A DNA stretch of 64,000 nucleotides, from NCBI GenBank assembly GCA_947259365.1, contig CAMYMC010000026.1:75162-139161 (forward strand), written 5' to 3'. The stretch is from an uncultured Acidimicrobiaceae bacterium (GTDB lineage Bacteria; Actinomycetota; Acidimicrobiia; Spongiisociales; UBA5794). Below are positions 19,278-29,422 of the stretch, one piece after another. The translations under genes and the position numbers were made by a program. Under the pieces are notes generated by a model. That model worked only from the letters and a program-made list of their open reading frames with translations. It was not told the origin of the DNA and ran no database searches. Within the stretch, counting starts at the first letter, position 1. Each line of letters begins with the position of its first letter.

Positions 19278-20410
19278 GCCACCGCCCCCGAGCGGCGCAG
19301 CTCGGAACGCGCCGCGGCGTCGTAGCCGAGCTCGGTGAGCACTTCGTCGGTGTCGGCACCGGGCGCCGGAGCCGGGCCCGGGGTCCGCCCCGGGGTGCGT
19401 TCGAAGCGGGGCGCCGGCGCCGGCTGGACGACGCCGTCGACGGTCACGAAACCGGAGCGGGCCTCGTTGTGGGGGTGGCGGGGTGCGTGCGCCATCGTCA
19501 GCACCGGCGACACGCAGGCGTCGGTGCCGGCGAACACCTCCTCCCATTCCGCCCGCGTCTTCGTCGCGAACACCGCGGCGAAACGCTCGTGGAGCTCGGG
19601 CCATCGCGACACGTCAGCCTGGGCGGGGAGGCCGGCGCCGTCGAGGTCCAGGCCGGCAACGAGCTCGGCGTAGAACTGTGGCTCGAGGGCGCCGACGGCC
19701 ATGAACTCCCCGTCGGCGGTCCGGTAGGTCCTGTAGAACGGCGCCCCCCCATCGAGCACGTTCGCCGCTCGGTCCTCACTCCACCCACCGAGCCCGAAGA
19801 TCTGATAGATCGGCGTCATGAGCGAGGCGGCGCCGTCGATCATCGCTGCGTCGACAACCTGGCCCTCACCGGAGCGCTCCCGCTCGACGAGGGCGGCGAG
19901 GACGCCGAAGGTGAGATAGAGGGCCCCGCCGCCGTAGTCGGCGACGAGGTTGAGCGGGGGCATCGGCGCCTCGGCGGTGCCGATCGCCGCGAGCGGACCC
20001 GAGAGGCCGATGTAGTTGATATCGTGACCGGCCGTCGAGGCGAGCGGGCCCCGCTGGCCCCAGCCGGTCATGCGCCCGTACACGAGCCGCGGGTTCTCCT
20101 CGAGGCATTCCCCGGGGCCGAGCCCGAGCCGCTCCATGACGCCGGGGCGGAACCCTTCGATGAGCACGTCGGCGGCAGCGATGAGGCGCCGGGCGACCGC
20201 GCCTCCGGCGTCGTGCTTCAGGTCGATCGCGATCGACCGCCGCGATCGGCCGACGACCCGGGCCAGCATGTCGGGGAGACGGCCCGGCGCCGGCGCCGTC
20301 CGGTCGATGCGGACGACGTCCGCACCGAGGTCGCCGAGCAGCATGCCGCAGAACGGCACCGGCCCGATCGCCGCCATCTCGACGACCTTCAGCCCTTCGA
20401 GTGGTCCCAT
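19274..20410 (-). CDS. CaiB/BaiF CoA-transferase / alpha-methylacyl-CoA racemase
   Basis: IGPVPF, EGFRPGVMERLGLG, GHDINY, NLVADYGGG. Confidence 0.92.
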   Translation of the reverse strand: MGPLEGLKVVEMAAIGPVPFCGMLLGDLGADVVRIDRTAPAPGRLPDMLARVVGRSRRSIAIDLKHDAGGAVARRLIAAADVLIEGFRPGVMERLGLGPGECLEENPRLVYGRMTGWGQRGPLASTAGHDINYIGLSGPLAAIGTAEAPMPPLNLVADYGGGALYLTFGVLAALVERERSGEGQVVDAAMIDGAASLMTPIYQIFGLGGWSEDRAANVLDGGAPFYRTYRTADGEFMAVGALEPQFYAELVAGLDLDGAGLPAQADVSRWPELHERFAAVFATKTRAEWEEVFAGTDACVSPVLTMAHAPRHPHNEARSGFVTVDGVVQPAPAPRFERTPGRTPGPAPAPGADTDEVLTELGYDAAARSELRRSGAVA

Positions 20411-20465
20411 CGGGCCATGCTACGCAGCCGGTCGCCGTCGTCGGCTCCGGTAACGTTCGACGCTC

Positions 20466-21392
20466 ATGACCAACCCCCTCGTCCAGGCCACCGGGCTCTC
20501 GAAGCGCTTCGGCTCGCTCACCGCGGTCGACGGCATCGACTTCGAGGTCCACCGGGGCGAGGTGTTCGGGTTCCTCGGACCGAACGGCGCCGGCAAGAGC
20601 TCCACGATGCGGATGATCGGAGCGGTTTCGCCACCGACCGCCGGCCGGCTCCTCGTGTTCGGCCTCGACCCCGCCGCGGACGGAGCCCGGATCCGGTCGC
20701 GGCTGGGGGTCGTCCCTCAGGAGGACAACCTCGACCTCCAGCTCCCCGCCGAAGAGAATCTCCTCATCTACGGCAGGTACTTCGACCTGGCGGTGCCGGT
20801 CATCAGAGAGCGCATCGACCGGCTCCTCGCCTTCGCCGAGCTCACCGACCGTCGCAAGGACAAGGTCGACATCCTCTCCGGGGGCATGAAGCGTCGGCTG
20901 ACCATCGCCAGGTCGCTCATCAACGAACCGGACCTCCTCCTCCTCGACGAGCCGACGACCGGCCTCGACCCCCAGGCGAGGCACCTCCTCTGGGACCGCC
21001 TCTACCGCCTCAAACAGCAAGGCGTGACCCTCATCATCACAACCCACTACATGGACGAGGCCGAGCAGCTCTGTGACCGGCTCGTCGTGATGGACAAGGC
21101 GAAGATCGTCGCCGAGGGCTCACCGAAGGAGCTCATCGAGCGCTACTCCACCCGCGAGGTCGTCGAGCTGCGGTTCCCCATCGGCGAACGCGACGCCGCA
21201 CTGGGGCGCCTCGACGGGATCGCCACGCGCACCGAGGTGCTTCCCGATCGCGTCTTGCTCTACACCGACGACGCCGAGCCGACGCTGTCGGAGGTGCACG
21301 GCCTCGGCCTCCGCCCCGAGTCGGTGGTGGAGCGGCGCAGCACCCTCGAAGACGTCTTCTTGCGGCTCACCGGCCGCAGCCTCATCGACTGA
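20466..21392 (+). CDS. ABC-2 transporter ATP-binding protein (NodI-like)
   Basis: GPNGAGKS, LSGGMKRR, LDEPTTGLD, TTHYMDE. Confidence 0.95.
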   Translation: MTNPLVQATGLSKRFGSLTAVDGIDFEVHRGEVFGFLGPNGAGKSSTMRMIGAVSPPTAGRLLVFGLDPAADGARIRSRLGVVPQEDNLDLQLPAEENLLIYGRYFDLAVPVIRERIDRLLAFAELTDRRKDKVDILSGGMKRRLTIARSLINEPDLLLLDEPTTGLDPQARHLLWDRLYRLKQQGVTLIITTHYMDEAEQLCDRLVVMDKAKIVAEGSPKELIERYSTREVVELRFPIGERDAALGRLDGIATRTEVLPDRVLLYTDDAEPTLSEVHGLGLRPESVVERRSTLEDVFLRLTGRSLID

Positions 21393-22171
21393 TGGCGGCG
21401 GCGACCTCAGTCCGGTTCCTCGAGGGTGAGCTTCGCACGTATCGCAGGCAATGGCGGGCGAGCGTCATCACGACGTTCGTGAACCCCATCTTGTTCCTCG
21501 CCGCGATGGGGCTCGGCGTCGGCAGCCTCGTGGACCGCGGCACCGGAGCCGGTGTGCTCGAGGGGTTCGCCTACGTCACGTACCTGGCTCCGGGCCTCCT
21601 CGCCGCCACGACGATGCAGATCGGGACCGGCGACGCGTCCTGGCCGGTCATGGCCGGGATCAAGTGGGTGCGATCGTACGAGGCGGCCATGGCGACCCCG
21701 GTCGACGTCCGCTCCATCGTCACCGGCCACCTCGGATACATCGCACTCCGATTGCTGTTCACCGCCGTCGTGTACGCCCTCGTCATGGTCGTGCTCGCCT
21801 CGGTGACGGTCGGCGGAGCGCTAGCCGCGGTGGCACCGGGCGTGCTCACGGGGATGGCGTTCGCCGCTCCGGTCATCGCGTACACGTCCCGCCTCGACGG
21901 CCCCGAGGGGCTCAGCTCTCTGTTCCGCTTCGGCATCGTCCCTCTCTATCTGTTCTCCGGGACGTTCTTCCCGGCGTCTCAGCTCCCGGGGTGGCTCGAG
22001 CCGGTGGCGTACGCCACCCCGTTGTGGCACGGCGTCGAACTCACCCGGGCCGCGGCGCTCGGCACCGGGACGACGATCCCCGCCGTCGTCAACATCGCCT
22101 ACCTGGTGGTCTGGGTCGGCGTTGGGACCGTGCTGGCGAGACGGGGGCTGGCCAGGAGGATGGTGACGTGA
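21392..22171 (+). CDS. ABC-2 transporter permease
   Basis: Six TM segments, LFSGTFFP, TPLWHGVEL; coupled to the ATPase gene. Confidence 0.9.
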   Translation: MAAATSVRFLEGELRTYRRQWRASVITTFVNPILFLAAMGLGVGSLVDRGTGAGVLEGFAYVTYLAPGLLAATTMQIGTGDASWPVMAGIKWVRSYEAAMATPVDVRSIVTGHLGYIALRLLFTAVVYALVMVVLASVTVGGALAAVAPGVLTGMAFAAPVIAYTSRLDGPEGLSSLFRFGIVPLYLFSGTFFPASQLPGWLEPVAYATPLWHGVELTRAAALGTGTTIPAVVNIAYLVVWVGVGTVLARRGLARRMVT

Positions 22172-22977
22172 CGTCGGGGACGCTGCTGACCCGGATCATG
22201 CCGCCGGTGCGCTTCGGGGGCCGCCGCGCCGGCCACGTAATCGAGCGCAACTTCCGGGTCTACCGCCGGGTCTGGATGGTCGTCGTCTCCGGGTTCTTCG
22301 AGCCGGTGTTCTACCTCTTCTCGATCGGAGTGGGCCTCGGTGAGCTGGTGGGAACGGTGGGCGGGGCCGGCGAAGCCGTGACATACGCCGAGTTCGTTGC
22401 CCCGGCGCTGCTCGCTGCGTCGGCGATGAACGGCGCGGTGGTCGAGTCGACGTTCAACATCTTCTTCAAACTGAAGTTCGAAAAGACCTACGACGGCATG
22501 CTGGCTACGCCGCTCGGGCCCGGCGACATCGCCGTCGGGGAGATCGCCTGGTCGCTCATTCGAGGGGGCCTGTACGCGATCGCCTTCCTCGCCGTTGCCC
22601 TGGTCATGGGCCTCATGCCGTCGTGGTGGGGGCTGCTCGCCGTCCCCGCGGCCCTGCTCATCGGGTTCGCCTTCGCCGCGGTCGGCATGGCGACGACGAC
22701 CTACATGCGGAGCTGGCAGGATTTCGACCTCATCACCCTCGTCACGCTCCCCCTCTTCTTGTTCTCCGCGACGTTCTATCCACTCGACGTCTACCCCGGA
22801 GCGCTCCAGGCGGTCGCGAGGATCTCGCCGCTGTACCACGGCGTGGACCTGATCCGCAGCCTCATGCTCGGCACAATCGATCTCTCACTCCTCGGCCACA
22901 TCGCCTTCCTTGCCGTCATGGGCGCGGCCGGGCTCGTGGTCACGAGCCGGCGGTTCGCGACCCTGCTCCTCCAGTGA
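22168..22977 (+). CDS. ABC-2 transporter permease
   Basis: EPVFYL, FLFSATFYP, SPLYHGVDL; GTGA overlap with the previous gene. Confidence 0.9.
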   Translation: MTSGTLLTRIMPPVRFGGRRAGHVIERNFRVYRRVWMVVVSGFFEPVFYLFSIGVGLGELVGTVGGAGEAVTYAEFVAPALLAASAMNGAVVESTFNIFFKLKFEKTYDGMLATPLGPGDIAVGEIAWSLIRGGLYAIAFLAVALVMGLMPSWWGLLAVPAALLIGFAFAAVGMATTTYMRSWQDFDLITLVTLPLFLFSATFYPLDVYPGALQAVARISPLYHGVDLIRSLMLGTIDLSLLGHIAFLAVMGAAGLVVTSRRFATLLLQ

Positions 22978-22980
22978 CGC

Positions 22981-22997
22981 GAGTCGGCGCCCGACTC
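22981..22997 (+). terminator. short hairpin after the ABC operon
   Basis: GAGTCGG-cgc-CCGACTC inverted repeat immediately after the stop; no U-tract. Confidence 0.35.
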
Positions 22998-23017
22998 CTC
23001 TGGCTACCTTGGTCCCG

Positions 23018-23992
23018 ATGAGCGACGCCGAGGCGCATCTCGCGAGCTACTGGGGAGCCAGGCCGACGTTCGCGGGCGTCCCGGCGGCGAGCCTCGATGC
23101 GCTCGAGACGCCGGATGTGGTGATCCTCGGCTCTCCGATCGACTGGGGTGCCACCTACCGCCCCGGGGCCCGCTTCGGTCCCGGAGCCATCAGGCACGCC
23201 GACTATCTCGGCGAGCCCGGCCGCCCCCATCTCCCCACCGGCATCGATCCGTTCGCGGAGCTGACGGTCGTCGACGTGGGCGACCTCGTCCCCGCACCCG
23301 GCTACCTCGAGGAGTCGCTCGAGATGAACCGGCGAGCGGTGGCTCGCATCGCCGCGACGGGAGCGCTGCCGATCGTCCTCGGCGGCGACCACTCCATCAC
23401 GTACGCCAACGCGTCCGGTCTCGCCGATGTCCTCGGTTCTGGAACGTTCGCGCTCGTCCATTTCGACGCCCACGCCGACACCGCCGAGACCCACATGGGG
23501 GAACACCTCTACGGGCACGGAACGCCCATGCGGCGCCTCGTCGAGAGCGGAGCCGTGCCGGGCAACCGGTTCGCCCAGATCGGTCTCCGCGGCTACTGGC
23601 CGGGTCCGGACGTCGTCGAGTGGATGCGGGAGCAGGGCATGCGCTGGTGGTTGATGACCGAGATCGCCGAACGCGGCCTCGGCCCGGTCATCGAGGAGGC
23701 GATCACCCACGTGTCGCACGGTGTCGACGCCGTGTTCTTGTCGGTCGACATCGACGTCGTCGATCCGGGGATGGCCCCGGGCACCGGGACGCCGGAGCCG
23801 GGCGGGCTCACATCGCGTCAGCTCCTCGACGCCGTGCGCGACATCAGCCGCGCCGTCCGCATCGTCGGCGCCGACGTCGTCGAGGTGAGCCCGCCCTACG
23901 ACGGTCCGGGCGGGGTCACGGCGTTCCTGGCGAACCGGGTCGTCCTCGAGGTGCTCAACGGGATCGCCGAGCGACGACGCGCCGGGCCGTAG
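23018..23992 (+). CDS. speB: agmatinase / ureohydrolase family
   Basis: GARFGP, GGDHS, DAHADT, DIDVVDP, PGTGTPEPGG, EVSP. Confidence 0.88.
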   Translation: MSDAEAHLASYWGARPTFAGVPAASLDALETPDVVILGSPIDWGATYRPGARFGPGAIRHADYLGEPGRPHLPTGIDPFAELTVVDVGDLVPAPGYLEESLEMNRRAVARIAATGALPIVLGGDHSITYANASGLADVLGSGTFALVHFDAHADTAETHMGEHLYGHGTPMRRLVESGAVPGNRFAQIGLRGYWPGPDVVEWMREQGMRWWLMTEIAERGLGPVIEEAITHVSHGVDAVFLSVDIDVVDPGMAPGTGTPEPGGLTSRQLLDAVRDISRAVRIVGADVVEVSPPYDGPGGVTAFLANRVVLEVLNGIAERRRAGP

Positions 23993-23993
23993 C

Positions 23994-26513
23994 TCAGGAA
24001 CGGACCACGACGGTGTCCCCGGTCACCGGGGAGCGGTCGAGCTCGATGAGGTCCTCGAGACGCTGCCGCAGCTCGGGCACGTGACTCACCACGACGACGA
24101 GGCGGGACCCGGCGCCGGCCGACAGCAGCTCGATGCCCTCCATGGCGAGGTCGAGGTGCTCCGGGTCCAGCGTGCCGAAGCCCTCGTCGAGGAAGAACGC
24201 ATCGAGGCGGCCGCCGGTGCGAGTCACCATCTCGGCGAGGGCCAGGGCGAGACCGAGGGAGGCGAGGAACGTCTCGCCGCCGGAGAGGCTGTCCGCCCTC
24301 CGCACCGCCTCGGCCGCGGTGAGGTCGATGATGCCGAACGACCCGTCCTCGGTGAAGCGATACCGGCCGGACGACAGTCGCTGGAAGTGATCGCTGCCGA
24401 GATCGGCGAGCCGGGCCCGCTCCTCGTCGAGGAGGAATCTGACGAACCGGGCGTCGGTGAGGTCGGCGGCGAGACGCGCGAACGTCTCCCGGCGGGCTTC
24501 GAGCGCCTCGCGCTCGACGACGAGGGCGTCGAGCCCTGCGATCTCGTCGGCATCGCTTCGGATCTCATCTGCGAGCCAGTCCCCTCTCGCCTCCAGCGTG
24601 GCGAGCGCCGTCGGGAGGTCGGTCTCGAGACCGAGGGCGTCGAGTAGCGCATCGCGCTCCCGCTCGGCTGCAGCGAGCGCTTCCGCGGCCGTCGTGCGTT
24701 CGAGACCGAGCGCGGCGCGTTCGTCCCTCCAGCCGCTGCGGAGCGCCTCGGCGGCCGCGGCCACGGTGTCGGGATCGTCGTCGTCGATAGAGGGCGGCTC
24801 GGACCCGAGCCGGGCGGACAGCTCGACGAGGGCCATCGTGATCCCGCCGAGTTCCTTGCCGGCGGCCTGCTGGCGTCTGATCGCCTCGTCGTGGTCGCGG
24901 CGGGCGCGGTCGACGTTACGGCGCGCCTGCGCCACCGCCTCCGTCACGCCGCCGAGCCGGGTCCGGAGCGACCCGAGCTGTTCCACCGGGTCCCCCGTTC
25001 CCAGGATGACGGTGAGTCGCGCAGCGAGCGCCTCGAGCTCCTCGCGGGCGGCTGCGGTGGAGACCGCCGATGCCTCGAGCTCGGTGGCAATGGCCTCCCG
25101 GCTGCGGATCGTGGCTTCGAGACGGGCTCTGGCGCCCTCGAGCGCGGCGATGGCCGACGCCCTCGCCTGCTCGGCGCTCGCCGTCGCCGATCGCGCCGCA
25201 CCCGCCGCCTCCTCCAGCTCTCCGAGTGCGGAGCCGGGCACCGAGTCCGGGACCACGGCCACCGGCTGCTCGCACACCGGGCACGGCGCGTCGGCAGCGA
25301 GTCCCGCCCTGAGTGTCGCCGCCATGTCGGCGTGCTGGGCCTCGTGGAGGGCACCCTCGGCAGCGCGGAGCCGTTCGGCGGCTGCCTCCACGGCTGCTCC
25401 GGCCGCCGCCGCGCCCTTCTCGGCTTCGACGAGCGCGGCCTCGGCGGCGGCAGCAGCAGCGGCCTCGCTCGCTGCTTTCGCCTCGAGGCCCCCAACGCGT
25501 TCGTGGAGCTCGTCGAGTCGCCGCTGCGCCGGCTCGCGGGCTGCGAGCAGCTCGGCGGCCTCCTCGACCCGGGCGGCGATGCCGTCGGCTTCGGCGGCTG
25601 TGAGCGCTTCCTCGGCTGCCGCGAGCTCCTGTTGGGCGGTTTCGAGGGCGGCAGCGAGCTCGGCGCGCGCCGCCCCGGCCGAGACCGCCTCGGCGACCAC
25701 AGCGCCGGTGGCCGGCGGGTCCGGCATCGCGGCCGACATCCCATCGAGCACGATGAGTCGCTCGTCGATCTCGGCCGACCGTGCCCCGATGGCGGCGATC
25801 CGGGCCTCGAGGTCGCCGTGGGCAGGCTCGGATTTGCGGATCGCCTCGATGCGATCCTCGACGTCCGCGCGCTCTCCCTGCCGCTCCGCCAGTCGGCTCG
25901 CCGTGCGCTCCAGCTGTTCCAGGCGCGCCGAGAGAGCTTCGAGGGAGGCGGAGGCCTCGCCCGCCCTGGTCTTGGCGGCCAGCCGCATCGCATCGATCCG
26001 GTCGAGACCGAAGACGCCCTTCAGCACCCCATCCCGCTCCGCCGGCCTCGCCCGGAGGAACTCGGAGAACCGGCCCTGGGCGAGCAGCACGGACCTGGTG
26101 AAGGCGTCGAACTCGAGCCCGAGCAACTCGACGACCCGGGCGTTGACGTCGGCCTCGAGCACGAGCTTGTCGTGCACTTCGGCGTCGGGCTCGTCCGCAG
26201 CGAGCCGGGAGAGCGAGTGCTGGCTCTGGCCGCGCCTGCGCAGAGCCCGGACCGCCTCCCACACCTCTCCGTCGACGACGAACCGCAACGCGACGAGCGC
26301 CCCGTCCGACCGCTGATGGATGAGCGACTTCGTGTTGGCGGCCACCATGGGCGTCTTCCCGTAGAGGGCGAACGACATGGCGTCGAGGATCGAGGACTTC
26401 CCGGCACCGATGGGGCCGACGACGCCGACGAGGCGCCGGTCGCGGAAGTCGAAGACGGCGTCGTCGCCGAAATAGGATCGGAAGTTGCGGATCCGCAGCT
26501 CAAGGGGCCGCAT
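23994..26513 (-). CDS. sbcC: SbcC/Rad50 SMC-family ATPase
   Basis: GPIGAGKSS Walker A, LAQGRF Q-loop, long coiled coil with CPVC zinc hook, LSGGE signature, FLDEGFG Walker B. Confidence 0.93.
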   Translation of the reverse strand: MRPLELRIRNFRSYFGDDAVFDFRDRRLVGVVGPIGAGKSSILDAMSFALYGKTPMVAANTKSLIHQRSDGALVALRFVVDGEVWEAVRALRRRGQSQHSLSRLAADEPDAEVHDKLVLEADVNARVVELLGLEFDAFTRSVLLAQGRFSEFLRARPAERDGVLKGVFGLDRIDAMRLAAKTRAGEASASLEALSARLEQLERTASRLAERQGERADVEDRIEAIRKSEPAHGDLEARIAAIGARSAEIDERLIVLDGMSAAMPDPPATGAVVAEAVSAGAARAELAAALETAQQELAAAEEALTAAEADGIAARVEEAAELLAAREPAQRRLDELHERVGGLEAKAASEAAAAAAAEAALVEAEKGAAAAGAAVEAAAERLRAAEGALHEAQHADMAATLRAGLAADAPCPVCEQPVAVVPDSVPGSALGELEEAAGAARSATASAEQARASAIAALEGARARLEATIRSREAIATELEASAVSTAAAREELEALAARLTVILGTGDPVEQLGSLRTRLGGVTEAVAQARRNVDRARRDHDEAIRRQQAAGKELGGITMALVELSARLGSEPPSIDDDDPDTVAAAAEALRSGWRDERAALGLERTTAAEALAAAERERDALLDALGLETDLPTALATLEARGDWLADEIRSDADEIAGLDALVVEREALEARRETFARLAADLTDARFVRFLLDEERARLADLGSDHFQRLSSGRYRFTEDGSFGIIDLTAAEAVRRADSLSGGETFLASLGLALALAEMVTRTGGRLDAFFLDEGFGTLDPEHLDLAMEGIELLSAGAGSRLVVVVSHVPELRQRLEDLIELDRSPVTGDTVVVRS

Positions 26514-27669
26514 GTCCGACCTCCTCGAGGAGCTCGCGGAAGGCGGCGACGAGCTCGGCGGGTGGCTCCGCGCCCTCGCGCTCGGTGTAGTAGTCGACGA
26601 AGAGCTCGTCGATCGTTCGGTGCGTCCGTGACCGCCGCTCGTCCTCGACCCGTGGGTAGTCGGCGGCGACCTTGACGACGTGGTCGAACTCCTCACGGGC
26701 CCGATCGGCGAGGCCGGGATCCGGGCCGGCGGTGCTCACCGTGAGATCGAGATAGGCCTCCCGCAGGTCGTCGCGGACGAGTAGGTCCTGCCACTCTCCG
26801 GAGGCCCGCACGAGACGCCGCCCGCCGGTGAGCGGCACCGAGCGCACCGCCGCCGGCAGCCCCGGCTCGACATCGACGAGGACCACCCGCTTCTCCTCCC
26901 CTGCCTCGCCGAAGTCGAGCTCGAGGAGGGAGCCGGCGTACTCCGCGGGGACGACGGCTCCGGGGACGGGCTGGGGAGCATGGACGTGCCCCATCGCCAC
27001 GTACTGGGGTCCGGGTGGGATGGCATCCGCAGTCGCCGCGTACGCCTCGCCCATGTGCAGCTCGCGTTCGCCACGAGGAGCGCCGTGTCCGTGGACCCTG
27101 GCGCCACCGACGAGGAAGTGGGCGACGAGGAACGTGACGGCGTCCGTGCCGGCGATGTGCGCGGCGTGGCGGCTGTAGGCCTCCGAGATGTGGCGGAGCC
27201 GGTCGGCGTAGCGCTTGTACCACTCGTCGGCTGCGGCGACGAAGTCGACGACCCTGCCCTCGCGCAGGAACGGGAAACAGCTCACCACTGTCCGCCCCCC
27301 TGCGGTCTCGAGCTCGAGCACCGCCCCCTCGTCGGGGCGCTTGATGTCGCCGACGAGGTGGATGTTGGCCCCCCTGAGGAAGGGTGCGAGCGCCTCGAAG
27401 AGCTGGGGCGAGTCGTGGTTGCCGGCGATGACGACGACCGGCCGCCGGCCGGAGTCGGCGAGCATCGCCAGGCCGCCGAACGCGATGTCGAGCGCGTCGA
27501 CGGGGGGAACGGGTCGATCGAAGAGGTCGCCCGAGTGCAGCACGACGTCGACCTGTTCCCGGTCGGCGATGGCGGCCACCTCGGCGATGACCTCGCGGTA
27601 CTCGTCGCTGCGTCCGTACCGGCCGACGCGCTTGCCGACGTGCCAGTCGGACGTGTGGAGGGCCCTCAC
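26500..27669 (-). CDS. sbcD: SbcD/Mre11 metallophosphoesterase nuclease
   Basis: TSDWH, GDLFD, GNHD, GHVH motifs. Confidence 0.93.
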   Translation of the reverse strand: MRALHTSDWHVGKRVGRYGRSDEYREVIAEVAAIADREQVDVVLHSGDLFDRPVPPVDALDIAFGGLAMLADSGRRPVVVIAGNHDSPQLFEALAPFLRGANIHLVGDIKRPDEGAVLELETAGGRTVVSCFPFLREGRVVDFVAAADEWYKRYADRLRHISEAYSRHAAHIAGTDAVTFLVAHFLVGGARVHGHGAPRGERELHMGEAYAATADAIPPGPQYVAMGHVHAPQPVPGAVVPAEYAGSLLELDFGEAGEEKRVVLVDVEPGLPAAVRSVPLTGGRRLVRASGEWQDLLVRDDLREAYLDLTVSTAGPDPGLADRAREEFDHVVKVAADYPRVEDERRSRTHRTIDELFVDYYTEREGAEPPAELVAAFRELLEEVGHAAP

Positions 27670-27685
27670 CTCGGCCTCGCCGCGG

Positions 27686-29422
27686 TCACAGGCCCTCGAA
27701 GGGATCCACGTCCGAGTCGTCGACCTCTTCTCTGCGCGTGGCCCACGGCGGGAACGGGAAGTCGACGACGAGGGGCACGGGGATGGCGGGTTGGGACAGC
27801 ACCATCGTGCCCGGCTTCAGCAGCCTCGCCCGCGCCCGCGTGGAGGGCAGCATCCACCCGTACTCGGCGCGCTCGGCCTCGGCGGCGTCGAGGCGGCCAG
27901 AGACGCGGATCGCGGCGTTCTCCATGACCTCGGGTGCAACCCGTGACGCCGTCTGCTGCGCTCCGACGAGGAGTACCCCCAGCGAGCGGCCCCGCTGGGC
28001 GATGTCGATGAGCATCTCCTTGAGGGGGCTCGTTCCGTCCCGAGGCGCATACTTGTTCAGCTCGTCGAGGACGACGACGGACAGCGGGAGCCGCTGGCCG
28101 CTCCGCTCCTTCTCCCCGAACGTCTCGGCGAGCAGCGCCCCGACGACGAACCGTTGCCCGAGATAGTGCAGTGACTGGATCCCGACGACGGTGACCTGGG
28201 CGGCGGTGCGGTCGATGCGGCGGCTCTCCCCCGCCCTGACGAGGTGCCCGAGGCGATGTGTCGCCGCGTGGAGGCGACGGATGAACGCCGAGACCGTGCC
28301 GACCTGGGTCCGCCCGGTCCAGCGTGGCTCCGGCTCGCCTTCCTCCGGATCGACGAACTCGACGATGGCGTCGACGAGCGCCCGCAGGTCTCGCACGACG
28401 CGCTCCCCCGGATTCGGGACGACGGTGCCTCCGGGGCGGTGGCCCTCGGAGGGATCCCGCAGCACGACCGCTCCTGGTTCGCCGGCGACGTCGACGGCGA
28501 ACCGGCGAAGCTGGGAGCGCACCCGCTCCTCGATGAAGGGGATCTGGTTCCTGGCGTCGTTCGAGTCGGTGAAGAGGAACCGGAGGAGCCCCTCGTCGAT
28601 GAACTCGCGCGGCGTCCACGTGAATGCGGCGACCCCTTCCTGGCGCCCCCCGGTATCGGGGATGACGACGTCCCCGGCATGGGCGCGCGGTGGGGCCCAG
28701 AACGCCGCCGAGGGGAACGGCGCCGGCTCGACGTCGAGTCGCCTCCACGCCTCGGCGGCGGCCTCGTCGAAGTACCGGTTCGGCCTGTCGAGCCACAGCA
28801 GGTCCTCACCTTTGACGTTGAAGACGAGGACCCGCAGGTTGGCGGCAGCCTCACCGACCACGTCGGGGCGGGCGCTGAGGAGCCGGAGGAAGAAGAGGGC
28901 GAACGACGTCTTCGTCGCCACACCGGAGATGCCGGAGATCGACATGTGGCCGCCCTTGCGTCCGTCGAAGAAGTCGAGGTCGACGTGGAGCGGCTCGCCA
29001 TCGCGGCCGAGACCGACGGGAAGCGGCCGCCCCATCTCGTCGACGTAGAGCGCCCGTTCCCGCTCCGCGCCGGTCGCCCTCTCGACGACCTCCCCCGGAT
29101 CCGGCGACACCCAGACCTCGGGGTCGAGCCGGGTGACCGCGACGCGCGCCGAGCGCACTTTGGCCCCGGGGAGGATGCCCTCGGCGGCGATGCGATGGGT
29201 GTCGCTCTCGAAGGTCGCCCCCTCGTAGATCGCCTCGGCCTCGGTCACGACCCCGTACGTGCGCACCTCGCCCTGTTTCGGCACCTCGGTACGAACGACG
29301 ACGAGATCGTCGAGCTGGAGGTACTCGTCTTCGTCGAGGACGACTCTGAACTCGCGGGTCGAGGTGTGCTCTGTGCCCAGCACCCTCCCGACGGCGTTCG
29401 TGTCCCGATGCGGCTCGCTCAC
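27686..29422 (-). CDS. herA: HerA-family ATPase (HAS barrel + FtsK/HerA domain)
   Basis: N-terminal beta-barrel, variant Walker A SGISGVATKTS, FNVKGEDL, LDELNKYAP, RGRSLG...AQQ. Confidence 0.85.
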   Translation of the reverse strand: MSEPHRDTNAVGRVLGTEHTSTREFRVVLDEDEYLQLDDLVVVRTEVPKQGEVRTYGVVTEAEAIYEGATFESDTHRIAAEGILPGAKVRSARVAVTRLDPEVWVSPDPGEVVERATGAERERALYVDEMGRPLPVGLGRDGEPLHVDLDFFDGRKGGHMSISGISGVATKTSFALFFLRLLSARPDVVGEAAANLRVLVFNVKGEDLLWLDRPNRYFDEAAAEAWRRLDVEPAPFPSAAFWAPPRAHAGDVVIPDTGGRQEGVAAFTWTPREFIDEGLLRFLFTDSNDARNQIPFIEERVRSQLRRFAVDVAGEPGAVVLRDPSEGHRPGGTVVPNPGERVVRDLRALVDAIVEFVDPEEGEPEPRWTGRTQVGTVSAFIRRLHAATHRLGHLVRAGESRRIDRTAAQVTVVGIQSLHYLGQRFVVGALLAETFGEKERSGQRLPLSVVVLDELNKYAPRDGTSPLKEMLIDIAQRGRSLGVLLVGAQQTASRVAPEVMENAAIRVSGRLDAAEAERAEYGWMLPSTRARARLLKPGTMVLSQPAIPVPLVVDFPFPPWATRREEVDDSDVDPFEGL